From: Methanobacteriota archaeon | GTDB taxonomy: Archaea > Halobacteriota > Bog-38 > Methanoflorentales > Methanoflorentaceae | Length of the DNA: 64,000 bases | Assembly (NCBI GenBank): GCA_963719035.1 | Contig: CAVRAO010000002.1 | Location: forward strand, 96,001-160,000 | Direction of reading: 5' to 3' | Part shown: piece after piece, positions 30,772-39,601 of the stretch | Position numbering within the stretch: the stretch's first letter is position 1 | How the letters are laid out: the number at the start of each line of letters is the position of its first letter | Translations under genes and position numbers: made by a program | Notes under the pieces: model-generated | Told to the model about the DNA's origin: nothing | The model's input: only the letters and a program-made list of their open reading frames with translations | The model's database searches: none

Positions 30772-31605
30772 TTAAGCCTCTGGCGGTCCCTCTTTCAGCA
30801 GCTGCTGAATCCGTTCCTCCGGGTCGATCGCTTGGTTCCACAACATCTCAAAGGTGGAAGTGAGGTATTGGGCATACGTCGGGTCATCGGTCCAGAGTCC
30901 GGAGACAGGCGCGTTGAGTGATATACGCTTGATTTCTGCATTGATCGCGCTTATAGAGATTTTTTTGTCAAATATGACGAACATGATCCCGTGCTGATCT
31001 ATATGGCGCACTTCTTCACCAATGGATATCATTTCTCGCACCGGCTCAATGACTTGATACGAAATGTCGATGATGGCCCGCACCTTTCCCCCGCGCTTGA
31101 TAAATTCAGATGCAGCTTCGTTAACTCCAAAGAGGGAGGCGAAAACAGTTAGGATCGCAGGAGCGGCTATCAGCCATTCCTCTTGCAACGCGTCAAGTAA
31201 GGGCATAGAGACGGCGATGAGCTCTTTCATACTCTTTATGATCTTGAACGTGCTCACTTGATCGGAGGGCTGGAATCGTTGTTTTTGCGAAAGCTCTTGT
31301 AACTCCTGCTTTCGTGCCTCCATCTCACGCAATTCGCTCTCTTGCTTATTGAGCGCTGCTCCAAGCGCTGTGTCGAGGTCTACAGCTGTGTAGATTGTCG
31401 GTGCCTCTAGCGAAGGACGCACCATACCCTTATCGATGAGACCTGTGAGCGTCCGATGCACGTCTTCACGATATGTCTTCAGCGATTTGGCGAGAGGAGA
31501 GGGGGTTTTAGGGCCGTACTTGAGCAGATGAAGATAAGTTCGTGCCTCTTTCTCGCTGAGCCCGAAGCCAATGAGGCGGGTGACAAAATCGAATTCGTCG
31601 TCCAT
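30772..31605 (-). CDS. TrmB-like regulator
   Basis: Same HTH (TYREDVHRTL) and WTDDPTYAQYL..FEMLW. Confidence 0.9.
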   Translation of the reverse strand: MDDEFDFVTRLIGFGLSEKEARTYLHLLKYGPKTPSPLAKSLKTYREDVHRTLTGLIDKGMVRPSLEAPTIYTAVDLDTALGAALNKQESELREMEARKQELQELSQKQRFQPSDQVSTFKIIKSMKELIAVSMPLLDALQEEWLIAAPAILTVFASLFGVNEAASEFIKRGGKVRAIIDISYQVIEPVREMISIGEEVRHIDQHGIMFVIFDKKISISAINAEIKRISLNAPVSGLWTDDPTYAQYLTSTFEMLWNQAIDPEERIQQLLKEGPPEA

Positions 31606-31633
31606 GGTCGCACCACTTGTCCCGTAAACGTTT

Positions 31634-32104
31634 CTATAGCTCTAGCAATATCTTTTTCGCGTCAAGTGCTCCATTCCATTCAAAATCAAAGGTTGACATC
31701 AGATAATCGGTGTATGATTGGTTATCGGTCCAAAACGCTCTTAACGCATCATCGAGCGAAAGCCCCTCCAAGTCCAGATAGATCGAACTGATACTTTCTT
31801 TCCTATCCCCGACTACCATAAACGCGCCTTGGTAACGATCAACGTGGCGGATTTCCTCACCGATGTCCACGAGCCGTTGTATGACTTTACTGTAAACGCC
31901 TGTTATTTTCGTGATACCCCTGACCCGTCCGCCGTTTTCTATCAACGTCTGGCATTTATTCGTTAAACCGAATTGTTCGGAGAAGATTAACATTTCCGGT
32001 GGGAGAAGCCACACTATCTCGTTCTTTGCAGATTCTATAATGTTTGAACCGACAGCTAACGCGTCTGTGACGCTTTCAATAATAATCTTCTCAGCCATAA
32101 TCAT
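31634..32104 (-). CDS. Stand-alone TrmB-type sensor domain (no HTH)
   Basis: Aligns with the C-terminal half of its neighbours: GGRVRGI, GEEIRH, GDRK, FWTD..Y..YL..F..EW. Confidence 0.85.
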   Translation of the reverse strand: MIMAEKIIIESVTDALAVGSNIIESAKNEIVWLLPPEMLIFSEQFGLTNKCQTLIENGGRVRGITKITGVYSKVIQRLVDIGEEIRHVDRYQGAFMVVGDRKESISSIYLDLEGLSLDDALRAFWTDNQSYTDYLMSTFDFEWNGALDAKKILLEL

Positions 32105-32234
32105 CGAATTTGTTCTAAACTTATAAAAATTATGACCCTAACAGTCCAAGTAGTAGTCGCCGATTCTTACACCTTAGGAGTACCCAAAAAAATCCCATTT
32201 GAGCGTTGTTCTCTCGCGAGCTTCTTTATATGTC

Positions 32235-32714
32235 TTACGGGCCTTGTTCCAATAATTCGCGTATCCGCTCTTGTGCATCAACGCCTTGTGCCCACGCCTG
32301 ATCGAAATGTGACAGAAGATACTCGGCGTAAGTAGGGGCCTCGCTCCAGAATGCAACAACCTGATCATCAAGCGAGAGGGCTTCTACGTTTACGTGCATG
32401 GAGCTTATGCTTTGCTTCTTATCTCCAACGAGGAAAAACACCCCTTCGTAATGATCGACGTGGCGCAAGTCTTCGCCTATATCTAAGAGTGATTGCGCCA
32501 GCTCGGCATACAAAGGTGATATATGGAAAATGCTTCGTATATAGCCCCCATTTTCTATCAGAATTTTTGACTTTTTGGTTATGCCGTATTGGGCAGCGAA
32601 GACCACCATCGCGGGGGGGAGAAGCCACACTATTTCGTTCTTTGCAGATTCAATAATGCTTGAACCGACAGCTAACGCGTCCTTAACACTGTTAATAATT
32701 GTCCCCTTAGCCAT
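32235..32714 (-). CDS. Stand-alone TrmB-type sensor domain (no HTH)
   Basis: DALAVGSSIIESAKNEIVWLLPP nearly identical to 31634..32104; GEDLRH, FWSE.PTYAEYL. Confidence 0.85.
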   Translation of the reverse strand: MAKGTIINSVKDALAVGSSIIESAKNEIVWLLPPAMVVFAAQYGITKKSKILIENGGYIRSIFHISPLYAELAQSLLDIGEDLRHVDHYEGVFFLVGDKKQSISSMHVNVEALSLDDQVVAFWSEAPTYAEYLLSHFDQAWAQGVDAQERIRELLEQGP

Positions 32715-32872
32715 TACTCACACTAGCGTTCTCGAGTTTATAAAGCTGTGTGACACCGTGTGCTTCGCGTATCAGAATGAGGTTAAAAAAGTATAACATA
32801 ATCGTCAGAACGGTCTACCTCGTCGATATTTACGGTGATGTGACCACTACTAAACAATTGCAGTCTTACAAA

Positions 32873-33341
32873 TCATCCTAGCGAAGGAAATGTTCGATCA
32901 GCAACTGGAACTGACTTTGTCCACGCTGCTCTAAAGGAGGAAAAGAGATACGCAGCGTAAATAGGGTCATCAGTCCAATATGCAACGAGTTGGTCATTGA
33001 GCACGAGATCCTCTGTGACAGGGTTTATCGAACTGACGCTCTCTGTCTTATCGCGCATAAAAAAAGCACTTCTTGTGGGTTATTGACAAGGCGTACGTCT
33101 TCACCGACGTCCAAGAGCTCGCGCACTGTGTCAATGTAATAGAATGAGAGACTCGTACTGCCCCCTACGTGACCTCCGCGCTGCACGAGGTGCTGCCTCT
33201 CTTCCTAAGCTATATTGTGAGGCAAAGCTTAAAACGCAAGGTGGGGCGACGTACGCGATTTCAGTCTCTGCAGCTTATAAATATCTGTCCTGCTATCACT
33301 AAAAAGTCATTGACGCTGTCAACAGTCTTCCCAAAAACCAT
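32873..33341 (-). pseudogene. Third stand-alone sensor-domain gene, frameshifted (pseudogene or sequencing error)
   Basis: MVFGKTVDSVNDFL.. start, VRELLDVGEDVRL in another frame, then YWTDDPIYAAYL..F..AW. Confidence 0.7.
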
Positions 33342-33452
33342 GGCTTCTAGATTCTCAATCTTTGACGCCTATAAATAAAGATATGCCACAGACGCTTGTT
33401 ATAAGGTACAAATTGACCAGGAAAAAAGCAATGATGCTTATAAACGCCGCCC

Positions 33453-34289
33453 TCAAGCCAGCGAAGGTGGGTGTTGCTGAAGTTCTTTTATTCGTTGTGC
33501 AGCAGGGATTGCCTGTCTCCATAAGACATCGAACGTAGCGCCGAGATATTCCGCATAGGTCGGATCATCACTCCAGAGCACCGCAATGTGTTCATTGAGT
33601 GACATACGCCGTATATCGATGTTAATCGCTGTAAGACAAGTTTTTCGATCAACAACGCCAAACGTGATGCCCCGGTAATGATCGAAATGGCGGAATTCTT
33701 CGCTAATGTCTAGCATTTCTTGCATCAATTCGATTCCTGAATATGAGATGTCTGTTATAGCTCGAGTGCTCCCACCACGCTCAACAAATTTCCTGACTTC
33801 TTCAGTGATGCCGAATAGCGACGCAAAGGTAACGATCTCTTGCGGCACGATCAATAGAAATTCATTTTGCGCCAAGTTTATGAGGGGCAGTGTGACACTA
33901 ACGAGTTCTCCGAGACTTTTGATCAGCTTGAACGTCGTAACCTCATTAGACGGACTAAACCGTTGGTGCGTTGAGAGTTCAGCAAGCTCTTGCTTTCGCG
34001 TTTCCATCTCGCGTAGCTCGGTCTCCTGCTTCTTCAGCACGCTTTCGAGAGCCTGTTCAAGGTCAACCGCTACATAGGACGTGGGAACGCCAAGCGAGGG
34101 ATGTACCATACCTCTCTCTATTAGACTGCTCAGCGTGCGGTGAACGTCCTCGCGATATGTCTTCAGTGATTTCGTGAGCGGTGCGGTCGTCTTTGGGCCG
34201 TATTTAAGCAGGTGGAAATAGAGACGTGCCTCTTTCTCGCTAAGTCCAAACCCCATGAGGCGAGTGATAAACGTCTCCTCAGAATACAT
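33453..34289 (-). CDS. TrmB-like regulator
   Basis: TYREDVHRTL; WSDDPTYAEYL. Confidence 0.9.
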   Translation of the reverse strand: MYSEETFITRLMGFGLSEKEARLYFHLLKYGPKTTAPLTKSLKTYREDVHRTLSSLIERGMVHPSLGVPTSYVAVDLEQALESVLKKQETELREMETRKQELAELSTHQRFSPSNEVTTFKLIKSLGELVSVTLPLINLAQNEFLLIVPQEIVTFASLFGITEEVRKFVERGGSTRAITDISYSGIELMQEMLDISEEFRHFDHYRGITFGVVDRKTCLTAINIDIRRMSLNEHIAVLWSDDPTYAEYLGATFDVLWRQAIPAAQRIKELQQHPPSLA

Positions 34290-34462
34290 AATCGTTCAGC
34301 TTAGCGGCCAGGATATATTTAAATTTCGAGCTTGGTTAACGTCCTTACAGATTTGAGTTGTACTGTTATAACGTTTTGCCTTGCGTTTGGTGAGACCGGC
34401 GGTTTCACTTAAACTACTAGTTAATTATAGCCCTGTCAAGGGTCGCTTGCATCGCCTCCTAG

Positions 34463-35821
34463 CTAGATCCTCGTCAAAGAGGGCTGCAGCGCAGCCGTGT
34501 ATCCTGTTGTAGAAAGCGTCTTATCCGCAGGTTCTAGAGAGGCTTCGTGACGGGGGTCCTGTTGCAGTTGCTGATTTATGTAATCTTCTGCGTTGATTGC
34601 TTTCGTCCAAGTCATTTCAAATGCGCTCGTAAGAAATTCTGCTTGCGCTATGCTGTCGCTCCACAACGCCGCGACATTTTCATCCAGTGAAAGTGCGGTT
34701 TTCTGATCGGCGTAAATGAGGCTTATGCTTCGTTTGCCGTCAGCGATAACCATCGTCATTCCACAGTAGTGGTCTTTGTGTCGCAGTTTTACTCCACAAC
34801 TGGGGTACTCACGGGCCACTAAAGCGTTCATTGGGTAGATATCGAGTACGCCGCGGACGCTTACACCTCGTGCAACAGCACATCGCAATTGATTCTGAAA
34901 GCCGCCCATTGAAATGAGGTTGAATCGAGGATGGGCGATTAGAATAATGGAAGCCTCTGCCGAGTTAATTAGCTGTGATATGGTAGTTACGAGTTCCCCA
35001 ACGGTTTTTACCAGCTTGAACGAGCTATTTGCGTTCTCTCTTCGCCAGAGCGTAACGCTAGCGTCTTCGACAACCTTTTGCTTGACCCTTTGCAAAAAAC
35101 GAAGTTCGTGCTTGTGGGCACGGAGCACGTTGTTGAGCGCCCCGTCAAGTTCGACTGGTATATAACGTGATGAATCTTCTGATGTTTTTGTTGCTACGCC
35201 GATATCAATTAAGCGTGCGCACCTCCGATAAACGTCCTCGCGATACGTTTTCAGAGATCGCGCAAGTTCGCCTGCCCGCTTCGGTCCGTACCTCAGCAAG
35301 TGCACGTACAACTGCGCTTCTTTCTCATTAAGCCCAAACGCGGTCAATAATTGTATGAGGGCCCGATCGTCGTCAATCGCAAGCGTTTCAGGTGGTAGGG
35401 CATCATCTTTGAGACTTAGCGGTATGCCATTCACACGCTCAAGGAGCTCCACCCTTATCTTCTCCATCTCACGAATCTCGCGCTGGCGGGCGAGGAGCAC
35501 GTAGTTGAGCGCTTTGTCTAGATTCACCGCCGAGTAAACGGTGGGGCTCTCTTTCTTCTCGCTCACTATGTTCTTGTTAATAAGGGTTGTAAGCTTTCGA
35601 TAGACGTCCAAACGATACGTTTTCAGAGATCGCGCAAGTTCGCCTGCCCGCTTCGGTCCGTACCTCAGCAAGTGCACGTACAACTGCGCCTCCTTCTCAT
35701 TGAGCCCGAAGTCGTTGAGCGTTTTTATGATCGATTCTGTGCCGTTTGCACGTGGTATTCCGCGGTGAGCGCTCGGAGTGGAAAACACGTTAGGCACAAA
35801 ACCATCTCGTTCACCGTTCAT
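34463..35821 (-). CDS. TrmB-like regulator with two tandem wHTH modules
   Basis: FGLNEKEAQLYVHLLRYGPKRAGELARSLKTYR occurs twice, then one sensor domain. Confidence 0.88.
   Translation of the reverse strand: MNGERDGFVPNVFSTPSAHRGIPRANGTESIIKTLNDFGLNEKEAQLYVHLLRYGPKRAGELARSLKTYRLDVYRKLTTLINKNIVSEKKESPTVYSAVNLDKALNYVLLARQREIREMEKIRVELLERVNGIPLSLKDDALPPETLAIDDDRALIQLLTAFGLNEKEAQLYVHLLRYGPKRAGELARSLKTYREDVYRRCARLIDIGVATKTSEDSSRYIPVELDGALNNVLRAHKHELRFLQRVKQKVVEDASVTLWRRENANSSFKLVKTVGELVTTISQLINSAEASIILIAHPRFNLISMGGFQNQLRCAVARGVSVRGVLDIYPMNALVAREYPSCGVKLRHKDHYCGMTMVIADGKRSISLIYADQKTALSLDENVAALWSDSIAQAEFLTSAFEMTWTKAINAEDYINQQLQQDPRHEASLEPADKTLSTTGYTAALQPSLTRI
35241..35689. repeat. 77-bp exact direct repeat (35241-35317 and 35613-35689) encoding the duplicated HTH
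   Basis: CGATACGTTTTCAGAGATCGCGCAAG...GTACAACTGCGC identical in both copies. Confidence 0.9.
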
Positions 35822-35850
35822 CTCTTTCTTACCTACCTTCCGTAGCAGCG

Positions 35851-36030
35851 TCAAGATGACGCATTTTCTGTGCGCGGTGCTTCAATTGTGCTCACTGCTG
35901 TATCGTGTGCGTAGTTTACTGCGTTTGTGAGCCTCTCTGCGCAGCGCCGACAGTTAGGATCACGTCCGGCGCACAGGCATCCGAAGTGAACGCCATAGTA
36001 GCATCCCGCATCACTAGCTAAAACGGTCAT
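35851..36030 (-). CDS. Cys/His micro-protein, 59 aa (family copy 2)
   Basis: MTVLASDAGCYYGVHFGCLCAGRDPNCRRCAERLTNAVNYAHDTAVSTIEAPRTENASS; SD GAGGGG; paralog of 27151..27285. Confidence 0.8.
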   Translation of the reverse strand: MTVLASDAGCYYGVHFGCLCAGRDPNCRRCAERLTNAVNYAHDTAVSTIEAPRTENASS

Positions 36031-36060
36031 AACCCCTCAATTCAAAAAGGGAAAAAGAGG

Positions 36061-36098
36061 GTATAAGGTCGCGTGAGTACAATTATTTGTCACACATA
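36061..36098 (-). promoter_or_regulatory. Candidate operator plus TATA box
   Basis: Minus strand GTGACA-AATAATTGT-ACTCAC-GCGACC-TTATAC. Confidence 0.6.
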
Positions 36099-36191
36099 TG
36101 GACGCGTAAAAAGAATTCCGATAGGGAATTACGAATTCAAAGACCTAGGACGCTAATGCTAGGGCTTTTCGACTCGATTCGACTGCAGTAC

Positions 36192-37163
36192 CTACTCGTT
36201 TTGAACCAGCTGCGCAACTGCAAATGCTGGGAATACGTTCGAAAGCGCACGTCCGTATTGCTGTGAGAGTAGTCGAAATTCAAGTCCTGCGTTCACGGCG
36301 GCCTTGGCAATGAGAAACTCTCCGAGGCCTGCTCCGATGACCGTGTGTAACTCGTACTCCCGTGCCTGAAACGCCAGTGCTTCTGCAAGCTCGTTGATCT
36401 GCGCGCGTTCCACCTGCCTGGCAACCTCGTGCGTATTTTCCCTGCCAAGTTCGCTTACATCGCAAAGCAGGACTCGCGCAATTCTTTTATAACACGCCTT
36501 AAGATCGCGTGATTGAGAATCAGGTGAGTCGCAGGCGTAATCTGCTTCGTCTATGTTGCCTAGCACGCGGTGCACGTCTGCGGTGATCGAAAACAGTTCC
36601 GTGGAGAGCTTATACTTCTTGCCGCTAAGGTTTACAACGCGTAAAATGGTCGCGATGTTGGTTCTGAGTACGCCCGTATAGATGAGTTCGTACTGTCCCA
36701 ATCGGTCAAAGTCCATAGTTCGGGCGATCGACTTGCCATTCTTTATAGGAATGATGTCGGACGTCGTGCTTCCAACGTCTGTGAATATGCAGTCTTTGAC
36801 GCTCGTTGCGAGAAAGGCGGCAGAGGCCGCCCAATTTGACGCAGCGTATAAATGGGCGTCTTCTTCTGCGATACCTTGGGTTAGCTCTCCGTAAACATTC
36901 AGATAGCACGGCTTAGCAAAGACTGAGTTGACAGCAGCAGCTATAGAACAAATCCCTTCTTTCTTGCTCGTAAAAGCGTCGGCTAACTCTCCTGTAATAA
37001 CGATTCCTACGCGCTCTGGCCGAAACTCATCTTTTACGCGCCGTAACAAGCCTGCGAGGTTGTTCTTCCTCCACAGCGGCAAGTAAAAGCTACTCGCGGT
37101 TCCGCTCGCAGAAGCAACTTTCGTATTCGCTCCACCGATGTCGATTCCGATTGTTTGGGCCAT
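36192..37163 (-). CDS. mfnF: Hydantoinase/oxoprolinase family protein, MfnF-like
   Basis: GIDIGGANTK, TGELADAF..K.EG, AASNW, DVGSTTSDIIP. Confidence 0.85.
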   Translation of the reverse strand: MAQTIGIDIGGANTKVASASGTASSFYLPLWRKNNLAGLLRRVKDEFRPERVGIVITGELADAFTSKKEGICSIAAAVNSVFAKPCYLNVYGELTQGIAEEDAHLYAASNWAASAAFLATSVKDCIFTDVGSTTSDIIPIKNGKSIARTMDFDRLGQYELIYTGVLRTNIATILRVVNLSGKKYKLSTELFSITADVHRVLGNIDEADYACDSPDSQSRDLKACYKRIARVLLCDVSELGRENTHEVARQVERAQINELAEALAFQAREYELHTVIGAGLGEFLIAKAAVNAGLEFRLLSQQYGRALSNVFPAFAVAQLVQNE

Positions 37164-37169
37164 AGGGTT

Positions 37170-38057
37170 TCAAAGATAGTGATTGCTGCCGCAATTTGTT
37201 CTTAAGAACGTATGTATACCATGTGGTTTTAGGAGAGTTGGCAGTTTCTTTCCTAATCGCGCTTTAAGAATTAGATCTGCCACGTTGCCGATCACCTTGT
37301 CGATGCTTACTATCGCCGTTGTAGGACGCGGATTCACATCGACTATGTTCACGATGCCGTCAGGCTGTAACACGATGTCAACGCCAACGTACCCTTTGCA
37401 TCCTAGCAACTGTGCGGCTCTCGAGGCTTGATCGATAACTCCGCTCCCGTTCGGAACGGAATAAGGAGATGTATTACCCAAATAATGGATAGTCGAATCG
37501 ATGCGAACGTGCTGTTTGTTGATCGATAGAGGCAGTATCGTTCTTCCAACAATGAGGCTCACGCTTATGTGCTCCCCAGAGACAAATTTGGAGACAAGCG
37601 TGTTCTCGTTGATGTCATCTGGTTCGAACGTTTCGACGATGTGAATTCCCTCTGCGCCACAGCCGTCCCGAGGCTTTAAGATGTACGGGCCAGTTGGGGG
37701 ATTTATTTCAGGAACGGTCAGTGATCCACGCAAAAGCACCATAGAGGCGGTGAGTTTGTCTGCCGCTTTCTTAACCGCTTCTGCAGGACACCCGAGATTC
37801 GTTGTGTGTTGTTCAACGAGTGCCGTGAAATCATAAAGGACGTTGTCAGGAGTTATGACGAGTCCTGCATCGCACACTTGTGCAAGACGCTCCACCTGCG
37901 TATAAAACGCGCTTGCATCGCCCTTTTTCGGTAGTGGCATGAGCACTGAATGTCCGCCTTTTTGGAAGCCTGCTTCGAGGGTGCGCAACATCGCGCCCCC
38001 CTCTTCGGCGAGGTGGGGGGTCATTACGCTTGCGTACTCGGCTAGTAGTATGTCCAT
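37170..38057 (-). CDS. mfnD: ATP-grasp tyramine--glutamate ligase, MfnD-like
   Basis: EGGAML, KPRDGCG, GYVGVD, DVNPRPTT. Confidence 0.83.
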   Translation of the reverse strand: MDILLAEYASVMTPHLAEEGGAMLRTLEAGFQKGGHSVLMPLPKKGDASAFYTQVERLAQVCDAGLVITPDNVLYDFTALVEQHTTNLGCPAEAVKKAADKLTASMVLLRGSLTVPEINPPTGPYILKPRDGCGAEGIHIVETFEPDDINENTLVSKFVSGEHISVSLIVGRTILPLSINKQHVRIDSTIHYLGNTSPYSVPNGSGVIDQASRAAQLLGCKGYVGVDIVLQPDGIVNIVDVNPRPTTAIVSIDKVIGNVADLILKARLGKKLPTLLKPHGIHTFLRTNCGSNHYL

Positions 38058-38076
38058 AGAGAATTCTTCAGGTGCG

Positions 38077-38850
38077 CTATAATGCGCGATTCTTCAGTGT
38101 TGAATGGGCTACTGAGACTAGCTCGCTGAATGTGGCGTCTTTTGGTATCGCGTCGACTTTCACATTGCACGCACGAAGCGCATCGGCTGTGGGAATTCCT
38201 ATCGCGCCGATGAGTTGATACGCTAGTCGTGCGATGAGCCGTTCACGTGTTCCCATTCGGTCAGCGCAGTCAAAGAAAGCCCTTACTGTCATGGCGCTCG
38301 TAAATAATACGCCAGCCACGTCACCCTCGGTCACCTCCTGTATGAAGTCTCGCTGAGGGGGCCCACAGCGCTTTTTAAGCGTGTACAACACGACTTCTTT
38401 AACGACTGCGCCGCCGTTCTGGAGCCCCTCGATCAGTTCAGAGCTGCCATACGCGCTGCGCAAGACCCAGATTTTTTTTCCTGCTACGTTGCTGAGCATA
38501 TGAACGATGCCGCGCGAGCTGTACTCTGACGGCATAAGATCAACGCGAAGCTGCTCTTTAAGCAATGCAGCTCTGGTTGCGGGTCCTATGGCCACGACGC
38601 ATGTCGATTTAGGGATACTCTCAGCCTTGAGTCCAAGCTGCGCGCAACTCAGGGCACCGTTTGCGCTAGTGAGTATAAGGTAGTCCACGTTGCCTTTCGT
38701 TAATTCATCCAGGAAAGTAAACCAAAGTGAGTCGCGTTTAGGCATGATATCGACCATTGTGGCTGCTAAAGCTCTATACCCGAAGGATTCGACGACTTTT
38801 TTTGAATCCTCAAGCTGTTTCTCAGGTCTAATGATCGCTAGCGTTTGCAT
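38077..38850 (-). CDS. hemD: Uroporphyrinogen-III synthase
   Basis: TSANG, AIGPAT, FTSAMTV, AIGIPTA. Confidence 0.9.
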   Translation of the reverse strand: MQTLAIIRPEKQLEDSKKVVESFGYRALAATMVDIMPKRDSLWFTFLDELTKGNVDYLILTSANGALSCAQLGLKAESIPKSTCVVAIGPATRAALLKEQLRVDLMPSEYSSRGIVHMLSNVAGKKIWVLRSAYGSSELIEGLQNGGAVVKEVVLYTLKKRCGPPQRDFIQEVTEGDVAGVLFTSAMTVRAFFDCADRMGTRERLIARLAYQLIGAIGIPTADALRACNVKVDAIPKDATFSELVSVAHSTLKNRAL

Positions 38851-39598
38851 CTTGCGGTTTTAGTATGTGTGCGAGTTTTACAACGTCACCGACAACTAGC
38901 ACCGCTGGAGCTTCTACGTTGGCTGCTTCAGCTTTGAGTGCTATGTCATCTAAGGTGCTTACAACGACTTTTTGGCGGCTGGTAGTTCCTCGTGCAATGA
39001 TTGCCGCTGGTGTTTGCGCAGGCTTGCCAAAAGCGATTAGTTTCGCCACGTTCTCTGCGAGAGTGCCTACGCCCATCAGAATTACGAGGGTGCCATCAAG
39101 TTGGGCGAGAACGTCCCATTTAAGCTCGTTGCCCGCGGCTTCGTGGCCCGTAATGACGGTAAATGTGGAAGCGTACTTGCGGTGCGTTACCGGGATACCT
39201 GCATACGCAGGAACCGCCACGGCTGATGAAATACCGGGCACAATTTCCACAACGATTCCTTGAGCGACTAACTCTTCGGCCTCCTCCCCACCGCGACCGA
39301 ATACGTAGGGGTCGCCGCCCTTAAGCCGCACTACCCTCTTGCCCTTTTTCGCATATTGAACAAGCAGATCGTTAATCTTCTGTTGCGGAACCTTATGGTG
39401 GTTCGGATCCTTGCCGACATCCATGAGCTGTATTTTTTTGGGAACGAGAGCGATTATTCGCTCATCGACAAGCTTGTCATAGAGCACAATATCCGCGCTT
39501 TTTATAACGTGTTCGGCTTTTCGAGTCAATAGCTCTGGGTCACCGGGCCCTGCCCCAACTAAGAACACCTTCCCTTTTGACGTGTTTTTTGGTTTCAT
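38828..39598 (-). CDS. cobA: Uroporphyrinogen-III C-methyltransferase
   Basis: VGAGPGDPELLT, RLKGGDPYVFGRGGEE. Confidence 0.95.
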   Translation of the reverse strand: MKPKNTSKGKVFLVGAGPGDPELLTRKAEHVIKSADIVLYDKLVDERIIALVPKKIQLMDVGKDPNHHKVPQQKINDLLVQYAKKGKRVVRLKGGDPYVFGRGGEEAEELVAQGIVVEIVPGISSAVAVPAYAGIPVTHRKYASTFTVITGHEAAGNELKWDVLAQLDGTLVILMGVGTLAENVAKLIAFGKPAQTPAAIIARGTTSRQKVVVSTLDDIALKAEAANVEAPAVLVVGDVVKLAHILKPQDANASDH

Positions 39599-39601
39599 TT
39601 T

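Noticed and set aside
29826-35821. TrmB paralog array as a diversity-generating retroelement target or a PLD nuclease defence system
   Set aside because: No reverse transcriptase or adenine-specific TR/VR pair is seen, and no intact HKD catalytic motif is evident.
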